64,000 bases of DNA, from the NCBI GenBank assembly GCA_040954595.2, contig CM082576.2:17097028-17161027 (forward strand), in the 5' to 3' direction. The notes below the pieces were generated by a model, which saw only the letters and a program-made list of their open reading frames with translations, was not told the origin of the DNA and made no database searches. The position numbers and the translations under genes were made by a program. Source of the DNA: Balanoglossus misakiensis. Its lineage: Eukaryota > Animalia > Hemichordata. Shown here in pieces: positions 24,409 to 37,900 of this stretch. Numbering within the stretch: the first letter of the stretch is position 1; the number at the start of each line of letters is the position of its first letter.

Positions 24409-25571
24409 CAGTGCAGGAGCTAAACCCCAAATTTTGGCATAATTGTGCACTTTGGGTTAAAAGCATGAAACTTGGTACACTTATGCATTGACCCATGGCG
24501 GCCATTTTCTGATATGGATCCAAAATGACAGCGCCCTCTGGTGGCCAGAAACATACATTCCTACTTTAATATTGTGCACTTCCGGTTAAAAGCATGAAAT
24601 TTGCTACAATTATTCATTGACCTATGGCGGACATTTTCCAATATGGATCCCAAAATACAGCGCCATCTAGTGGTCAGAAACTGACATTTATACTTTTTCC
24701 CAATTAATGGCACTTTTTGGTCAATTGTAACACTCAGAAACAGGAATGTGGGTTGTAAAACATGCTTGCTGCCATACATTCCTTTGAATATTATCCTCAT
24801 CCTGATGTACATGTTTCAGATCAATCTTGTATGTTACTAATTGAACAATTTGTTCTTTGGTATAACAGAACCAGTTGAATACACAAAGTCAGGCAATGGG
24901 GCAAGACAACACCTCTTCTCCAGAAAGTCAAGGGTTCTTGAGAATATTCCTTCTTCGCATGTAGCTCTTATAGAACATGAGCAAAGCTATATCAAACCAA
25001 CAGAATCCCAGTGGAAATCAAGTTGGACAAGTCTTAGTAAAGCCCAAGAAAAGAGTCAACCGCAGGAAATCAGTTGCAAAAAGTCATGCACATGTTTCTG
25101 TAAGTGCTTTAGGTCTAGTCTGACCGCAGTGCTCTTTGTTACTGAGAAGTAAGATGTCATCAAAATTGATCTGATATATGTACATCAGGATTAGGATAAT
25201 ATACAGAGGAATGTATGGAAGCAAGCATGTTTTACAACCCACATTCCTGTTTCTGAGTGTTACAATAGACCAAAAAGTGCCATTAATGGGGTGAAAAGTG
25301 TGAATGTCAGTTTCTGGCCACTAGAGGGCGTTGTATTTTGGGATCCATATTGGAAAATGTCCGCCATGGGTCAATGAATAATTGTACCAATTTTCATGCT
25401 TTTAACCGGATGTGCACAATTTTGAAGTATGAATGTCTATTTCTGGCCACTAGAGGGCGATGTCATTTTGGATCCATATCAGAAAATGGCCGTCATGGGT
25501 CATTGCATAAGTGTATCAAGTTTCATGCTTTTAACCCAAAGTGCACGATTTTTGGGTTAACTGCCGCACTA
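24409..25571 (+). mobile_element. Internally deleted Academ (AcademX-type) transposon with ~410-bp TIRs
   Basis: 24409-~24826 is inverted at ~25167-25571. Ends CAGTGCAGGAG / CTGCCGCACTA; 3-bp TSD TTA (24406-24408, 25572-25574). The interior encodes ARQHLFSRKSRVLENIPSSHVALIEH...W...SCKKSC..CKC, a Cys-rich C-terminal remnant. Confidence 0.8.
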
Positions 25572-26553
25572 TTAGGGCAGAACAGATTCATGCTGTAATA
25601 CATAATACATAAAGAAAAACACTCTAAAAGATCAAACTGGTGAAAAAACAAAGCAACAGAGAAAAAGAATATAGGAAAAGGGACAAATTCTAAAGGACAA
25701 AGAAACTAGTGCCACAACACTTTAGGCTGAAGAAAACTGATTGACCAAAATGAAAATTTGACAAAATCGGAGGAAAAGCTAGATTACACAACCATAGAAT
25801 TGAGACAATTTCAGAGAGTCATGACTATGGAATATCTATTTACAATTTACTCAGACAACATTTATATAGTATTCTATGAAACACCACTGAATACCCATCA
25901 TCAAGGTCAGTGGTCAATTTGTCATTGGAAAGTTTATTACATGTATTGATAACATGGGTAGAGATTCTATCCTTTATGTAAATGTACAACAAACTTGGCT
26001 ATAGCCTATGCATTTTCCTTCTCTGGGTAGTCATGATGAACATTGTATTAATGTGCGGATCAGGACAAATGGACTGCACCTTCGCTGTAGTTTAAATCTA
26101 TACCCCAGACTTATGTGTCGCAATCTAGAGTATGTCGTAAAGTTCATGTAGCTGATAAATATTGATATACATATGATCATGTAGAGACGAAAATATCAGA
26201 TATTACTTCACTCTGTAGTTTGATTTGTTACAGGAAGCAGTTTTAGCCAGTGATGTTGGGGATTACTTGGTCTATTTATTGAAGTTTCTATCATAACAAT
26301 GTCTTAGAACAATGGCGATCGGGAGAGCAGCAGGCCTGCGAGTGCGCTCCGAAAAATAGTCGAAAATTTTGCCTCATATACAACCCAACTAGCTGTAATC
26401 TATCGCTGAGATGTTTGCAAGCTCATGCTGCAAGTAGTGCGTTACTTGTGGTAAGAATTTCTGCAGGATTGGTGAGGATTTCTGAAGATCCGTTATTTTT
26501 TTTTTGGAGCTCGTCACCGGTTGCACTTCGTGTTGGACACAATTAGCATAACT

Positions 26554-27818
26554 ATGCCATTGCAGTGCGAAGATTGTAAACTAAATTCCAGTAATGTCGG
26601 ACTAAGTCAAGGAGATCTACTGTTATGCTCAAAATGTAAAAAGAAGCGCTTTGGTCCTGATGGAATTACCGACCAGAATGAGCTCCAGACGAGCAACCAG
26701 GAACGTCAGAGTGGTTGCAGTGGTGACGCGGATTATCCAGAGAGGACAAGAATGACTGAAAGTTGTAGTGGTCAGCCACGCAATGATACAGGTACTAACC
26801 AAACTAGCGATCTTGTTATAAATGAGCTCCTCTGCTTTCTAGTTTGCAAAATGGACATTATGCCCATGGAGCCACTTTTGAAAGTATGTGCTGACTTTTA
26901 TGATGACAACGATGTGGAGTCTGCGAAGAAATTGCTTTTTGATCTATCTACGGCCTTTCTTTATGCAACTGATACAAGATATATTCGTCGGCAAGGTCAA
27001 CATAAAAAGCAGAATAATTTGCAAGATATGTACAATGTATTGCAGCAGCTAGACGAAGAAGAGATGCCGAATTTTGTTGCTAAAGATTTATCGAAACTCC
27101 CCCCTGTTGATATTACTCACATTGATGTCACTGGTTTGTGAGAGAAATTCGTGAATTACGTAATGAAATGAGAACCATCAAGTCCGTCCAGATGCAACAT
27201 CAGTCACAAATTCAGAAAGCTGATGAAACGGTCATGGTGTTAATTGATGATGTCAGGAGTCTGAAAAGCGAGAATTCTATTTCGAGAGGTGTTAAACTCC
27301 AGAGTGCTTCTGACAATGGCAATATTGATTTTGTGAACAACGCCACTACAGATGTGGACACTGAGGAAAACACATCTGTCAAAGCTCTTTACTCAAAGGT
27401 TGCGGCTAAAACAGTAGCGGAAAGACGTCTCCGTACGAGTGACAAGGTGAACTCACAAGTCTCCACATCTGACAACGACGACTTCGTTCTTGTTCAGCGA
27501 CGAAAACGGAAGAGAACCCAGCCTGTGATTGGAACTGCGCCGAGTACTACAGCTGGCCTTCAAGGCGCAAGACCGCGGCGTGTATGTACACTTTTCGTGT
27601 CCCGGCTGAATCCAGCAACAACTTGTGAAGATGTTGAGCGCTATGCTGCGGACAAATTTGATGTAGGTGTGAACTGTACAAAACTGAAAACAAAGTATGA
27701 TACGTATGCTTCTTTTATGGTTGAATTATCTGATGTAGACATTAGAGTTGCCCTTGATCCTGTAAATTGGCCTCAGGATACTCTTGTAAGAAAATACTAT
27801 AAACCTCAGACGCCATGA
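26554..27818 (+). pseudogene. LINE ORF1 (N-terminal Cys cluster, coiled coil, C-terminal RRM-like region); one frameshift near 27137
   Basis: MPLQCEDC..CSKC, INELLCFL, LSKLPPV, LFVSRL...WPQDTLVRKY. Confidence 0.85.
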
Positions 27819-30634
27819 CAGAACGCAAAAATAGTTTACGGATTGTGTCATTTAACTGTCGCTCTGTGAAATCAAGCTTTCATTCTGTGTATGATTTGTG
27901 TGAAACCCATGATATTTGTCTTTTACAAGAACACTGGCTTGCTAAGGAAGAGCTGTCAATTTTACATGACATACATCCGGATTTTATGTCATTCGGAATA
28001 TCTGCTTTTGATTCGTCTGAACTCCGTATTGGTAGACCGTACGGGGGGTTGCAATTCTTTGGCGTAGATCGCTTGGCAAACTTGCCAGTATTGTTGAGTT
28101 TGCTGATAGTCGCTTGCTTGGTTTAGTCTTAGAAAATGATACTGACAAACTTGTTATTGTAAACTGTTATTTGCCCACCAATACTAATGATAATTTTGAA
28201 GTGTTCAGTGAGTACTTGGCGAAAATTAATTCCAGTGTTTCTGATATTAACACTGGGAATGTCTTTTTTATTGGTGACTGGAATGCTGATGTAACTACTG
28301 ATACAGGTTTTGGTCGTGAGTTGATGGAGCATTGTGAGCAATTTGGTTACATCGTTTCTGATGTTGAGCTGCTAGGCAGGGATTCCGGTACGTTTACTTA
28401 TATTAGCGATGCTCATGGCAGTACTTCATGGATTGACCACTGTGTTACCACTGAAATTTCTCATAGCAATGTTCTTTCAATTTCGAGCCTTTGCAATGTT
28501 GTTGACTCCGACCATATTCCTGTTTCAATAGAGGTTCATTTCAACACTTCTGCTGATGAAAGCTTCAGCAGTAGTTCCTTCAAGCAATGTAATTTTCGAG
28601 TTGATTGGAAAAAATTGTCACAGCAGAATATATCCGCCTACACCCGTTGTACCAAAGCCAAGATTGATAAGATTAATTTACCCGAAGAGTTATTCTGCAC
28701 TAATGTGAACTGTACAGACCCTTCGCATTTACAGGCAATTGATACTTGTTATAGTAGTATTGTGGACGCATTGAATTGTGCTGCAAAAGATACCATTAGG
28801 CGTAAGTTTCACCAGAAAGTTCATGTTGTACCTGGCTGGAACGATTTTGTAAAAGAAAGTCACGACTATGCCCGTTCCATGTTTTTATTATGGGTTAATG
28901 GGGGTAAACCTAAACAAGGCCCGCTTTTTGAAACCATGAAACCTTCCAGAGCTCGTTTTTAGTATGCTTTACGTGCTTGTAAAAAGATTGAGAATCAAAA
29001 TAGGGCTGACAAGATGGCTGACAATTTACGATGCCACAAACAGAACGACTTCTGGAAGGAAGTCAGAAAGCAAACTAGCAGAAAAACGCCACTTTCTGAC
29101 ACTGTAGGTGGAGCGACTGGTGAGAGTGAAATTGCAATTATGTGGCACAAGCATTTCGGTGATATTTTGAATTCTGTCCAGGCTCAGACTGGTAAAAATG
29201 ACATCGAGGAGAAAATGAAGTATGTTAAATTTTCTTCTGATATGTATGTTTCTGAAGACGAAGTAATTTCTGCTATACATAAGTTACCTGACGATAAGAC
29301 AGCTGGCATTGACAATATTTCAGCTGAGCATCTCAAATTCTCAGACTCCTCTATTTTACCCATTTTGACTTGTTGTATTAATGCTATGATTGTTCATGGT
29401 TACCTGCCAACTGAGGCTATCAAAGTTATTTTAGTTCCAATTATTAAGGATAAAACTAAGCTTTGTAGTGATGCCAGTAACTACCGGCCGATAGCACTAG
29501 CAACTGTTTTCTCTAAAGTTTTTGAGCATATTTTACTTTCTCGTTGTGAGGAGTTTCTTACCTCTCATTATTTACAATTTGGTTTCAAGCGAGAACATTC
29601 AACTGACCTGTGTTTATTTGCATTTAAAGAAATCATTAGCTACTACACCAGCAATGGAGGACCAATGTTTACTTGTTTTCTGGATGCTTCAAAAGCTTTT
29701 GACAGAGTTAATCACTTTAAACTGGTTAACAAGCTCATCGACAGGAATGTTCCCTTGTATGCTGTTCGAATTTTATATTACTGGTACAGAAATCAATTGT
29801 TTACTGTGTTGTGGGGTAATGAAACCTCAGAGTTGTTTTCTGTCTCTAACGGTGTAAGACAAAGGGGAGTACTCTCTCCCTATCTTTTTAATGTCTACAT
29901 TGATGATCTTATCAATGCACTCTGTAAAGCCAAAGTTGGCTGTACCATGTGTGGTGTCAGCGCTAACACTTTAGGTTACGCTGACGACATGACTCTACTC
30001 AGTCCAAGTGTTAAGGGTCTACGCCGTCTTCTTAGAATTTGTGAAATTTATGGCAAGGATTATGATATCATTTATAATTCTAGTAAAACTGTGTGCATGC
30101 TTTTTAATGGGAAGAATATTAGCGTTCAAAGAATTCCTTCGGTTAAACTTAATGACATCACTTTAAAGTTTGTACCTGTACACACCTACCTGGGCCATGT
30201 TATATCTTGTGATGGTTGTGATAATGAAGATATTGAACGACAGAGAAGAGCATTTTGTGTTAGAGCAAACATGCTATTGAGACATTTTCAACATTGTAGT
30301 CAAGATGTGAAGAAAGTTTTATTTTTGGCATATTGTAGTAATATTTACTGTTGCAGTTTGTGGGCATCCTTTAAAGTTAAACCGATGAAAAAATGTAAAA
30401 CTATGTACAATAATGTTTGGAGAAGACTTCTCGGTCTTCCGCCATTTTGCAGTGCATAGGGTATGTTTGCTACAAACCATGTATTGTCACTTGGTGAAGT
30501 TTTTAGACGCAACATGTACAGTTTTAAGCGTAGACTCGAAAATTCTTCTAATGTTTTACTTGATGCGATCTGTTCATCAGATAGAGCGACTGACAGCATA
30601 TTTTTCAAACATTGGCGAAAGCAATTGTATATAA
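27815..30634 (+). pseudogene. LINE ORF2 (APE endonuclease + reverse transcriptase), disabled
   Basis: VSFN, LQEHWL, GDWN, WIDH, SDH, NYRPIAL, QFGFK, LDASKAFD, GVRQ, YADD. Frameshift near 28045; stops at 28960-28962 and 30457-30459. Confidence 0.92.
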
Positions 30635-30833
30635 TGTAATTTTGCAGAGTTTTTGTGTGTGTGTGTCTCAGTTTCAGACTTTCCAGAGTATTTTCATTAG
30701 TGTTTTTTTTTTTCTTCTCTCTTTTGGGTATATGGACTTTTTTTTAAAAGTCTGAAATAAAGTATTATTATTATTATAACTGATATTTAATGCTTGGAAT
30801 ATCTCAAGAATGTGTTCCTTCTAATGTCTTACC

Positions 30834-31260
30834 TTAGACACATCCAAAACCAGGACTGTTCTGTATGCCAAATTGCATACACTGTATGACTTCACCACAG
30901 GTATCATTAAAGTATTTGCGCATGTGTTGGCCATGGGAAAAGTCTTGTTTTGCTGTGTTGCGGAAACGAACTCTAAACTTGACAAGAGGTGGGATGCAAT
31001 CCAAGACAGTTGCAAATATCAGGATATCCTCCAGCCCGATTTCTGCTTCATTTTCTAGTGAATTAAGACAACAAAGAAATACTTTTCCTCTTCTTGTTTG
31101 CTTTTGTTGGAACCCTTTTGACTGAATGTTATAGGGAATAATTCCTCCAAACACTTGCCACTTAACTTCTTCTCTGTGTAAGTAATGAACTCTCTAAAAA
31201 TGTCTGGCAAAGACTTGATGCTTTGCAACACTTCAAGCGTCGCATGTCCATCTTTGAATC
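30834..31260 (-). pseudogene. Intronless G2E3-like HECT-domain C-terminal fragment
   Basis: LFPITFSQKGSNKSKQEEE / LEDILIFAT..DCIPP / FPMANTCANTLMIP / IQNSPGFGCV across frameshifts. Confidence 0.7.
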
Positions 31261-31409
31261 TAAAGTGAAGAAAATACCAAAGCATGTATAATTTTTTCAC
31301 TTTTATTGCAAGTTATCTCATCATTTCAGTAGTAAGTTATCTGGCACTTGAAAAATAAAACAAAGCTTGAAATGCTATGATGGATGCAAGGTGAAGATAG
31401 CAAAAATGA

Positions 31410-31660
31410 ATTCGAAGAACAAGAATGTAATTTGACGGGAGCAAAAATTAAATCGAAGAACAAGAATGTAATTTGACGTGAAGAACAAGAATGTAATTTG
31501 ACGAAAGCAAAAATGAAATCGAAGAACAAGAATGTCATTTGACGAAAGCAAACGTGGATTTGAAGAACAAGAATGTAATTTGACGAAAGCAAAAATGAAA
31601 TCGAACAACAAGAATGTAATTTGACGTGAAGAACAAGAATGTAATTTGACGAAAGCAAAC
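31410..31660 (+). repeat. Minisatellite of 25/41-bp units (GAAGAACAAGAATGTAATTTGACG core)
   Basis: About 7 copies of the core, with alternative tails (AAAGCAAAAATGAAATC, T, AAAGCAAACGTGG). Confidence 0.9.
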
Positions 31661-32351
31661 GTGGTTATTGAAGGCGAAGTGTTCATCCTGGATCCAGATG
31701 AGAAAGAGCCTAAACTGAAGAAACTCAACAGCAGCTAGCGGTATGACCGAGCCCCACAAGAAGTACAGACTACGGCACGCGTACAAGATAGTCAAGAACT
31801 CTACAGAGATGGTACATGTAACTTGAACACATCAAGAGTACAGTCACAAATTGTTTTACAGAACTTCACTAATAATGAAGAGACGCATTATTCAGCTAAT
31901 ACTTTATCTTGCATTCTATGGAACATTAATGGTATTAAAAGTAAGTGGAGCAATCCTGACTTTTTGAAGTACCTGCAGAATTTTGATGTAATTTTTTTGA
32001 CAGAAACATGGGCTTCATGTGATGCCGATTATTCTTTACCTGGTTATGATAAATCTCACATCAGTCGTTGAAAAAACAATTACTTTGGTAGACCCTCAGG
32101 GGGGATAAGTATTTTTTACCGTAGTCAATTTCATAGAAATGTAAAGGTCTGATTGCACCAGTGATATTGTTTGGGTTATGTTTACCTTACATTCTTTAAA
32201 GATGGGTCCAGTTATTATGCTGATGAGCAAAATTTTTCACTTCTTGAAGATGACTTGGCATCACTTTCAGCAAAATTTCCAGATTTCAAATTCATTGTAT
32301 GTGGAGATTTCAATGCTAGAACGGCTACTGAGCCGGATTATATTTCAAATA

Positions 32352-32559
32352 CTGTAAAACACTTTATTTTCGCGAGTCAAAATTTCCGCGATATCGAGAG
32401 AGGCCACTGTTTCGCGTGTATTAATTTTCACGTTCTCTTATTTCAGTCACTGCATCGTTATCTTCAAAAGAAATTTACGCGACTTTTTATTTTCACGCTA
32501 TTTTGGCTCTCGCGTATTTCACGAAAATTTATTGCTCGCGAAAATAAAGTGTTTTACAG
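32352..32559. mobile_element. 208-bp MITE with TA TSD (Tc1/mariner-type)
   Basis: TIR CTGTAAAACACTTTATTTTCGCGAG; TA at 32350-32351 and 32560-32561. Relatives at ~20878-20960 (partial) and ~62585-62793. Confidence 0.9.
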
Positions 32560-34603
32560 TAATAATGTAAACTTGCTTCCACTTGGAGATGACTATATTT
32601 TTGAGGAACAGATACCAGATAGAGCCTCTATGGATCGCACTGTAAATTCTTATGGCCATTTACTACTTAGCTTTTGCAAGCACACTGGAATGAATATTGT
32701 TAATGGTAGATTGTATGACGATTTAAATCGTGGCCATTTTACTTGTGTGAAAGAACAAGGCGGAAGCGTTGTTGACTATATGTTTTAACAAATTATAATA
32801 TGTAAATTTTGAGATTTTTGAATATTTTGGTGTGTCAGATCGCCCTAAATCAGATCACCATCCAGTCTTGTTTGACTTAAAATATCACACTGTATCACAG
32901 ATCTCCAATGCTAAGTCCAATGAGGCTTTAGCTCAGTACACAAACTATACATGGAATGACAAATATCAAAATGCTTTTGTTTCCTTTTGGGATGGTGAAA
33001 TGGGAAACAATTTTGCTACAGAGGTCATGGTTGCCCTTGAATACAATGATATTTCCCAGGCTACTTCCACCCTTATAGAGTCAATTCTTGCATCAGTTCA
33101 GTCTATGAAAGTGTCTTGTACAAAATTTACTGGCTCCTATCATGGAAAATGTAAATCCTGGTATGACCAAGAGTGTAGCCAATTGAAAAGGTGTGTTAAT
33201 AAGGGTTTAAATAATTTTCGTAACAGTAGATCTAGTAGTTGTCTGAAGATCTATATTGATTTGAAAAAAAAGAGTATAAATGTTTATTGAATTTCAAGAA
33301 AAATGCTTTCTATGAATTTGAGAAGCAAAAACTATAAATATTGAGTAGGCAGTCTAACTCCAAGGAATTCTGGAAGTTAATTAATGTAAAGAAATGTGAT
33401 CCAGCTCCAAATATTTCAGGGGAGGAGTGGTTTTTTTCAGATCTCTTTACTGAACCGTTAACACAGGTGCATACTTCAGATACAGAATTTTATGAAGAAA
33501 TTAAAACATTTATGGACCAGGTAAATTACCATGAGAACTCAAATGACACTGTGTATGAAACTGGAGAGCTTGATGCTGATATTACAATGGGGGAATTTGA
33601 TAATGCTCTTTGTCGCCTTAAAGGAGGTTCTAAAAAATTCTCCTTTACACCTGAAGAGACTGATTTTGTGTGTTTTCAATAAAATATTAAATACTGGTGA
33701 TTTTGTGTGTTTTCAATAAAATATTGAATACTGGTAACTTCCCAGAACAGTGGGCCAAAAGGCTAATTGTACCTTTGCATAAGAAAGGTCCAAAAGATAT
33801 TGTGAATAATAATACTCTTTTGCCCACCATAAATAAGGCTTTAGTGACATTATTTATCAAAGGTTACTGGCTTGGTCAGAGACATATTTTCCACTTATAG
33901 AAGAGCAAGGAGGTTTTCGAAAGAAATACTCAACTGCTGATAACATTTTTATTTTACATACCATTGTTACGAGATATTTATACCTAAAAGACAGATTTTA
34001 CTGTGCCTTTATAGACTTTGAAAAGGCATTTGATCGTGTAAACCATTGTCTTTTATTTTACAAATTGTTCAAAGCAGGTTTGAAAGGCAAAGTTTTTTTC
34101 TGTACTGCGCTCTATGTATGCTAATGTAACTGCATGTGTTCGAACTAGTGCAGGAATGTCAGATTTTTTTCAAATGTGAGCTAGGTGTACAACAAGGTAG
34201 TATCCTGTCCCCACTCTTATTTACTTTATTTATCAATGATATGAGAGAAGCACTTGATCATGATTTTGCAGGAGTACACATAGCAACTATCAAACTTTTC
34301 TTCTTGCTTTTCGCTGATGATTTGACCCTTTTCAGCTCAACAAAAATTGGTTTGCAAAGATTATTGAACAACTTATCAGTTTACGCTAATAAGTGGAAAC
34401 TGAGAGTTAATATTGACAAATCAAAAATCATTGTTTTTAGAGAGGGGTGGTCGGCTAAAAGCTAGTGAAAAGTGGTTTATAAATGGTAACAGAATTGAAG
34501 TTGTTGCAGCCTATAACTACCTTGGTGTACTGCTTTCTAGCTCTGGTTTATGGAACAAAGCACAGAGACAATTAGCAATTCAAGCTACAAAAGCTTTATT
34601 TAA

Positions 34604-34930
34604 TATTTAAGCAATAAAACACCCCCAGCCATGGTATACCACTCGATTTTGACCAGTTCACGACATATACGCACTTGCTATCGCTCGTGCGTATATGGAG
34701 TTGAACTGGTCAAAATCGAGTGGTATACCATGGCTGGAGGTGTTTTATTGCTATTATATTATACCTATATTGAAACTTTGCATAAAACATTTTAAAAAGG
34801 CATTTTCTTTGACTATGAGTTTTGCGTGATATATGACTGTGGTATGTGACGAATATATCACAGTCACGTGTCGTGTCTCGACCAATAAAATAGCGTGATT
34901 TACACCATCAATATACTGGTATAATATAAT
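34604..34930. mobile_element. Double-hairpin element, inverted copy of 13457-13774
   Basis: End-to-end reverse-complement similarity. It sits at the junction between the truncated LINE and the truncated transposase. Confidence 0.85.
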
Positions 34931-34949
34931 TAATATTAAAAAATCACTT

Positions 34950-37900
34950 TGCAAGTTCAGACTTCTTGATGTCAGTCTAACTCCCATCCTGTATACCAAA
35001 ATGGCACCTGCATACCTGTAGGTTTGCTCAAACATATACGTGTAGTTTGCATCTTTAGCTTCAGAAGCATAGTGGATGAAATCGTTCACAGACACTGACT
35101 GCTCCTTTAACAAACGATCACGAACATAGGGCACCAATAATTCCCGAATGTTGCCTTGGACAGCCACATTCAGTAGCTGCCAAGCAATATGGTGATCTCC
35201 TCCACTCTTTGCATATTGTTGTGCTTTCTCTGATATAAAGCCCATTTCATGGGCTAAGTCAGACATGAAGACCTCCCAGTTAACAGCAAGGAAATTTCTC
35301 ACCATATTCATTTCCATATGCAATTTGCCTGGACTGAGTATAACCCAACCAAACTCAAGCTGTGGTTTTGGAAGGGGACAGTACTGGCGATTAGTATGAA
35401 CATGTCTTTCATATGCAGCCATTCCACTTATAGTTTCTGAACAAAGGTCACAGTGAAAAGACTCTCAGTCTGTAACCACGCAATCATGTAGGGTAGACCA
35501 TCCATCGTCACTTTCAACCAGCATCGTTTTCCATCACCGACATTAGAGTTGTTTGATCCAGTTCTTGCAACATTGCCTACTTCCCCTATCTTCAGGAGGA
35601 CTGCTGTAACTGTCTTGCTAGAGTTGGGATTGAATAAGACAGGTTCTCCACAGAATACCTGTACTGGGTGTCCAGGATGACCTGACTGTAGGTGGCTGTA
35701 TTTGGCAGCTACATCATCAGTTGCAGTTTCAACATTTGCTTCTTCCCCAGTTTTAGAGATGCTTACAATGAATGCTTTCATTTTGGAATTTTCCTTTGGT
35801 GTTCGGATAAGCATCGTTCCAAGAGACTCCTTGCCTGCATTAAAAAAGATTAGGAATCAGTTATCATTAATGCTTTAGCAACATCTCTGGAGATTTTCTT
35901 TTTATCTAATGTCTTTATGATTCGTAAATTATATCTTGGTGTACCTGTGAGACAATACTACATGTATTTTACATTTAGGTTAGATGTCATATTTCTTACA
36001 ATTGTCTCTCTATGCCAAGTATTTCATCAAAAAAAATAAAATAATAATAAAACAGTGGTAGGCACCTGTCAACTTTTCTGTAGCTTCCTTGAAGTTGGCC
36101 CTGCAACTTTCATTAGGACATTTCCTGGCTGTTTTCTTCATGGCTGTATCACACACTGGACATAGCTTTCTCTCTTTGTTTTTTTCTATCTCATCTACAC
36201 GTTGGTCTATGTCATCCAAGAAACTGCCACCCTCATTGAACTGCTGCAGTACTACATCTTCCAGAGCTTTCTGGGTCATTCTTTTCAACTGAGAAAACAT
36301 CACATTAGAATCAATGAAGTAGCTGACAAAGTCAATTGGACATGTTCCTATAGTTACATGCAACACAAATAAAAAAAATGTAATTGTATTGTTGAAATCT
36401 CACTTGTCCTCAGAAAATACAATTGTACCACTAACTAAAAATATAATATATTTTCTTTTTAAAATATCTATTACAGCATACTTACTTCTCCTCGAACAAT
36501 CTGGAAGCCCTTGGATAGATTTGTCTGATCTAATATCTTGGCAGTGAGCATCGTCTTCACTTCCACTTGGTTTCCTGATTCCAAATATTTCATCCAGTTT
36601 CTAAAGAAAGATCATGCATGTATTTTTACAGCTGCAGTGGACTATGCTTTTGAACATGACACTTAAACATTTACACATACATATAATCTTGATGTGTTTA
36701 CCATGATATAGACTGTGTTCCTTGTATGACATTAAGATGATACAAATTTACTTATGGTGATACACACATAGCATTTGTTGAGGTGTCGTCTGCAAAAGTT
36801 ACACAGACTCGCGTCACTAAATGACAAGCCTTACCTTGGAGCCAAGTTTGGTTTGAATTGAAGTCCCTCATGTCCCATTATTGAATAACAGATGCTAGTG
36901 AGGATAGAAATCCTTGGTTTTCCACCTGCTTTAACCTCATACTGTTTCTGCACAATCTGGTCATTGTCAAAGGCAATGGAGAGATCCCCTGCAGCAGGTA
37001 GTTGTATAGGTTCACTGGTCAGTGAATTGAGCCATCTCCTAAATGTTGTCCAACTGCCACTTGGAGTTAGCCTACTAATGACAGATATTACCAAAGCACT
37101 GCCAGTCACCGCATATAGAAGTAGTGAAACTAGATAGGAATGCGAATGGAGCAATCCGCCATGAGCAAACAATATGATATAACTGTTCTACAGCCATCAT
37201 TTTGACTCCAATAGTAGCAGGTGAGTGACATCACCTGTCTCTGTTGGTATTGTTACTGATGGGATGGTTTGAGTTCCTCTACTTACTAATTTAATGCTGC
37301 ATTTGTCATATTTGCATAACTCACTGCTTGTCCCAGCATATGTATGGTCAGCTTTGTCCTCAGGGAAACAAAGCACACAGGTGTCATCATGAGGGTAGAA
37401 ACTTTTCATGACTTTGTCAGTTTTATACTTCTTATTTTTTTCCATACATGTTTTATGGTACTCAAGGGTTCTTCTACATGTATTACACACATATATCGAA
37501 TGGATTTCTTCTTTGTCACTTCTGACATCAATACCCCATGTATTATCAATCACAGGTGTGAAGTCATATATATGACGGGCTCTGGTGAAGTCTGTTATTT
37601 GTGTTGCACATATCCTGCACACAGTCAACAACACACTGATATGGCCAGTAACTTCATCATCAAGATCTGTAAGCATGCAAATAAATCATAGCCAACAATT
37701 ATAAATGTAATCATAAATATACAAAATATATAACATATATGTATAAAACATCTTATCTGGAGTAAAGTTGTTCAGCATTTTTCTTTTTTTCACATTTTTC
37801 AATTTTTTTTCAAATTAACAACACACTTCATGTGTATATTAACACTATTGTTTTTTTTCAGGACAATGGCAGACTTGTAAATTTTGTAAATATTTGTAAA

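Larger units (their letters stand above)
26310..30777 (+). mobile_element. Apparently full-length but disabled LINE, probably Proto2-like (ORF1 + APE-RT ORF2)
   Basis: 5' UTR from ~26310, two ORFs, 3' UTR with AATAAA and a (TTA)n tail at 30763-30777. The clade name is an inference from GRPYGG/VPGWN-type motifs. Confidence 0.9.
31340..34603 (+). mobile_element. Degraded RTEX-like LINE: ORF1 end plus ORF2 (APE + RT), 3'-truncated
   Basis: VVIEGEVFILD...* then WNING, LTETW, GRPSGG, GDFNART, SVVDY, SDH, WYDQEC, IDFEKAFD, GVQQGSILSP, FADDL, YLGV. Many frameshifts; 37-bp duplication at 33661-33734. Confidence 0.88.

Noticed and set aside
34754-34950. C-terminal ~65 aa of the 222-aa ORF
   Set aside because: Read-through into the hairpin element, not transposase sequence.
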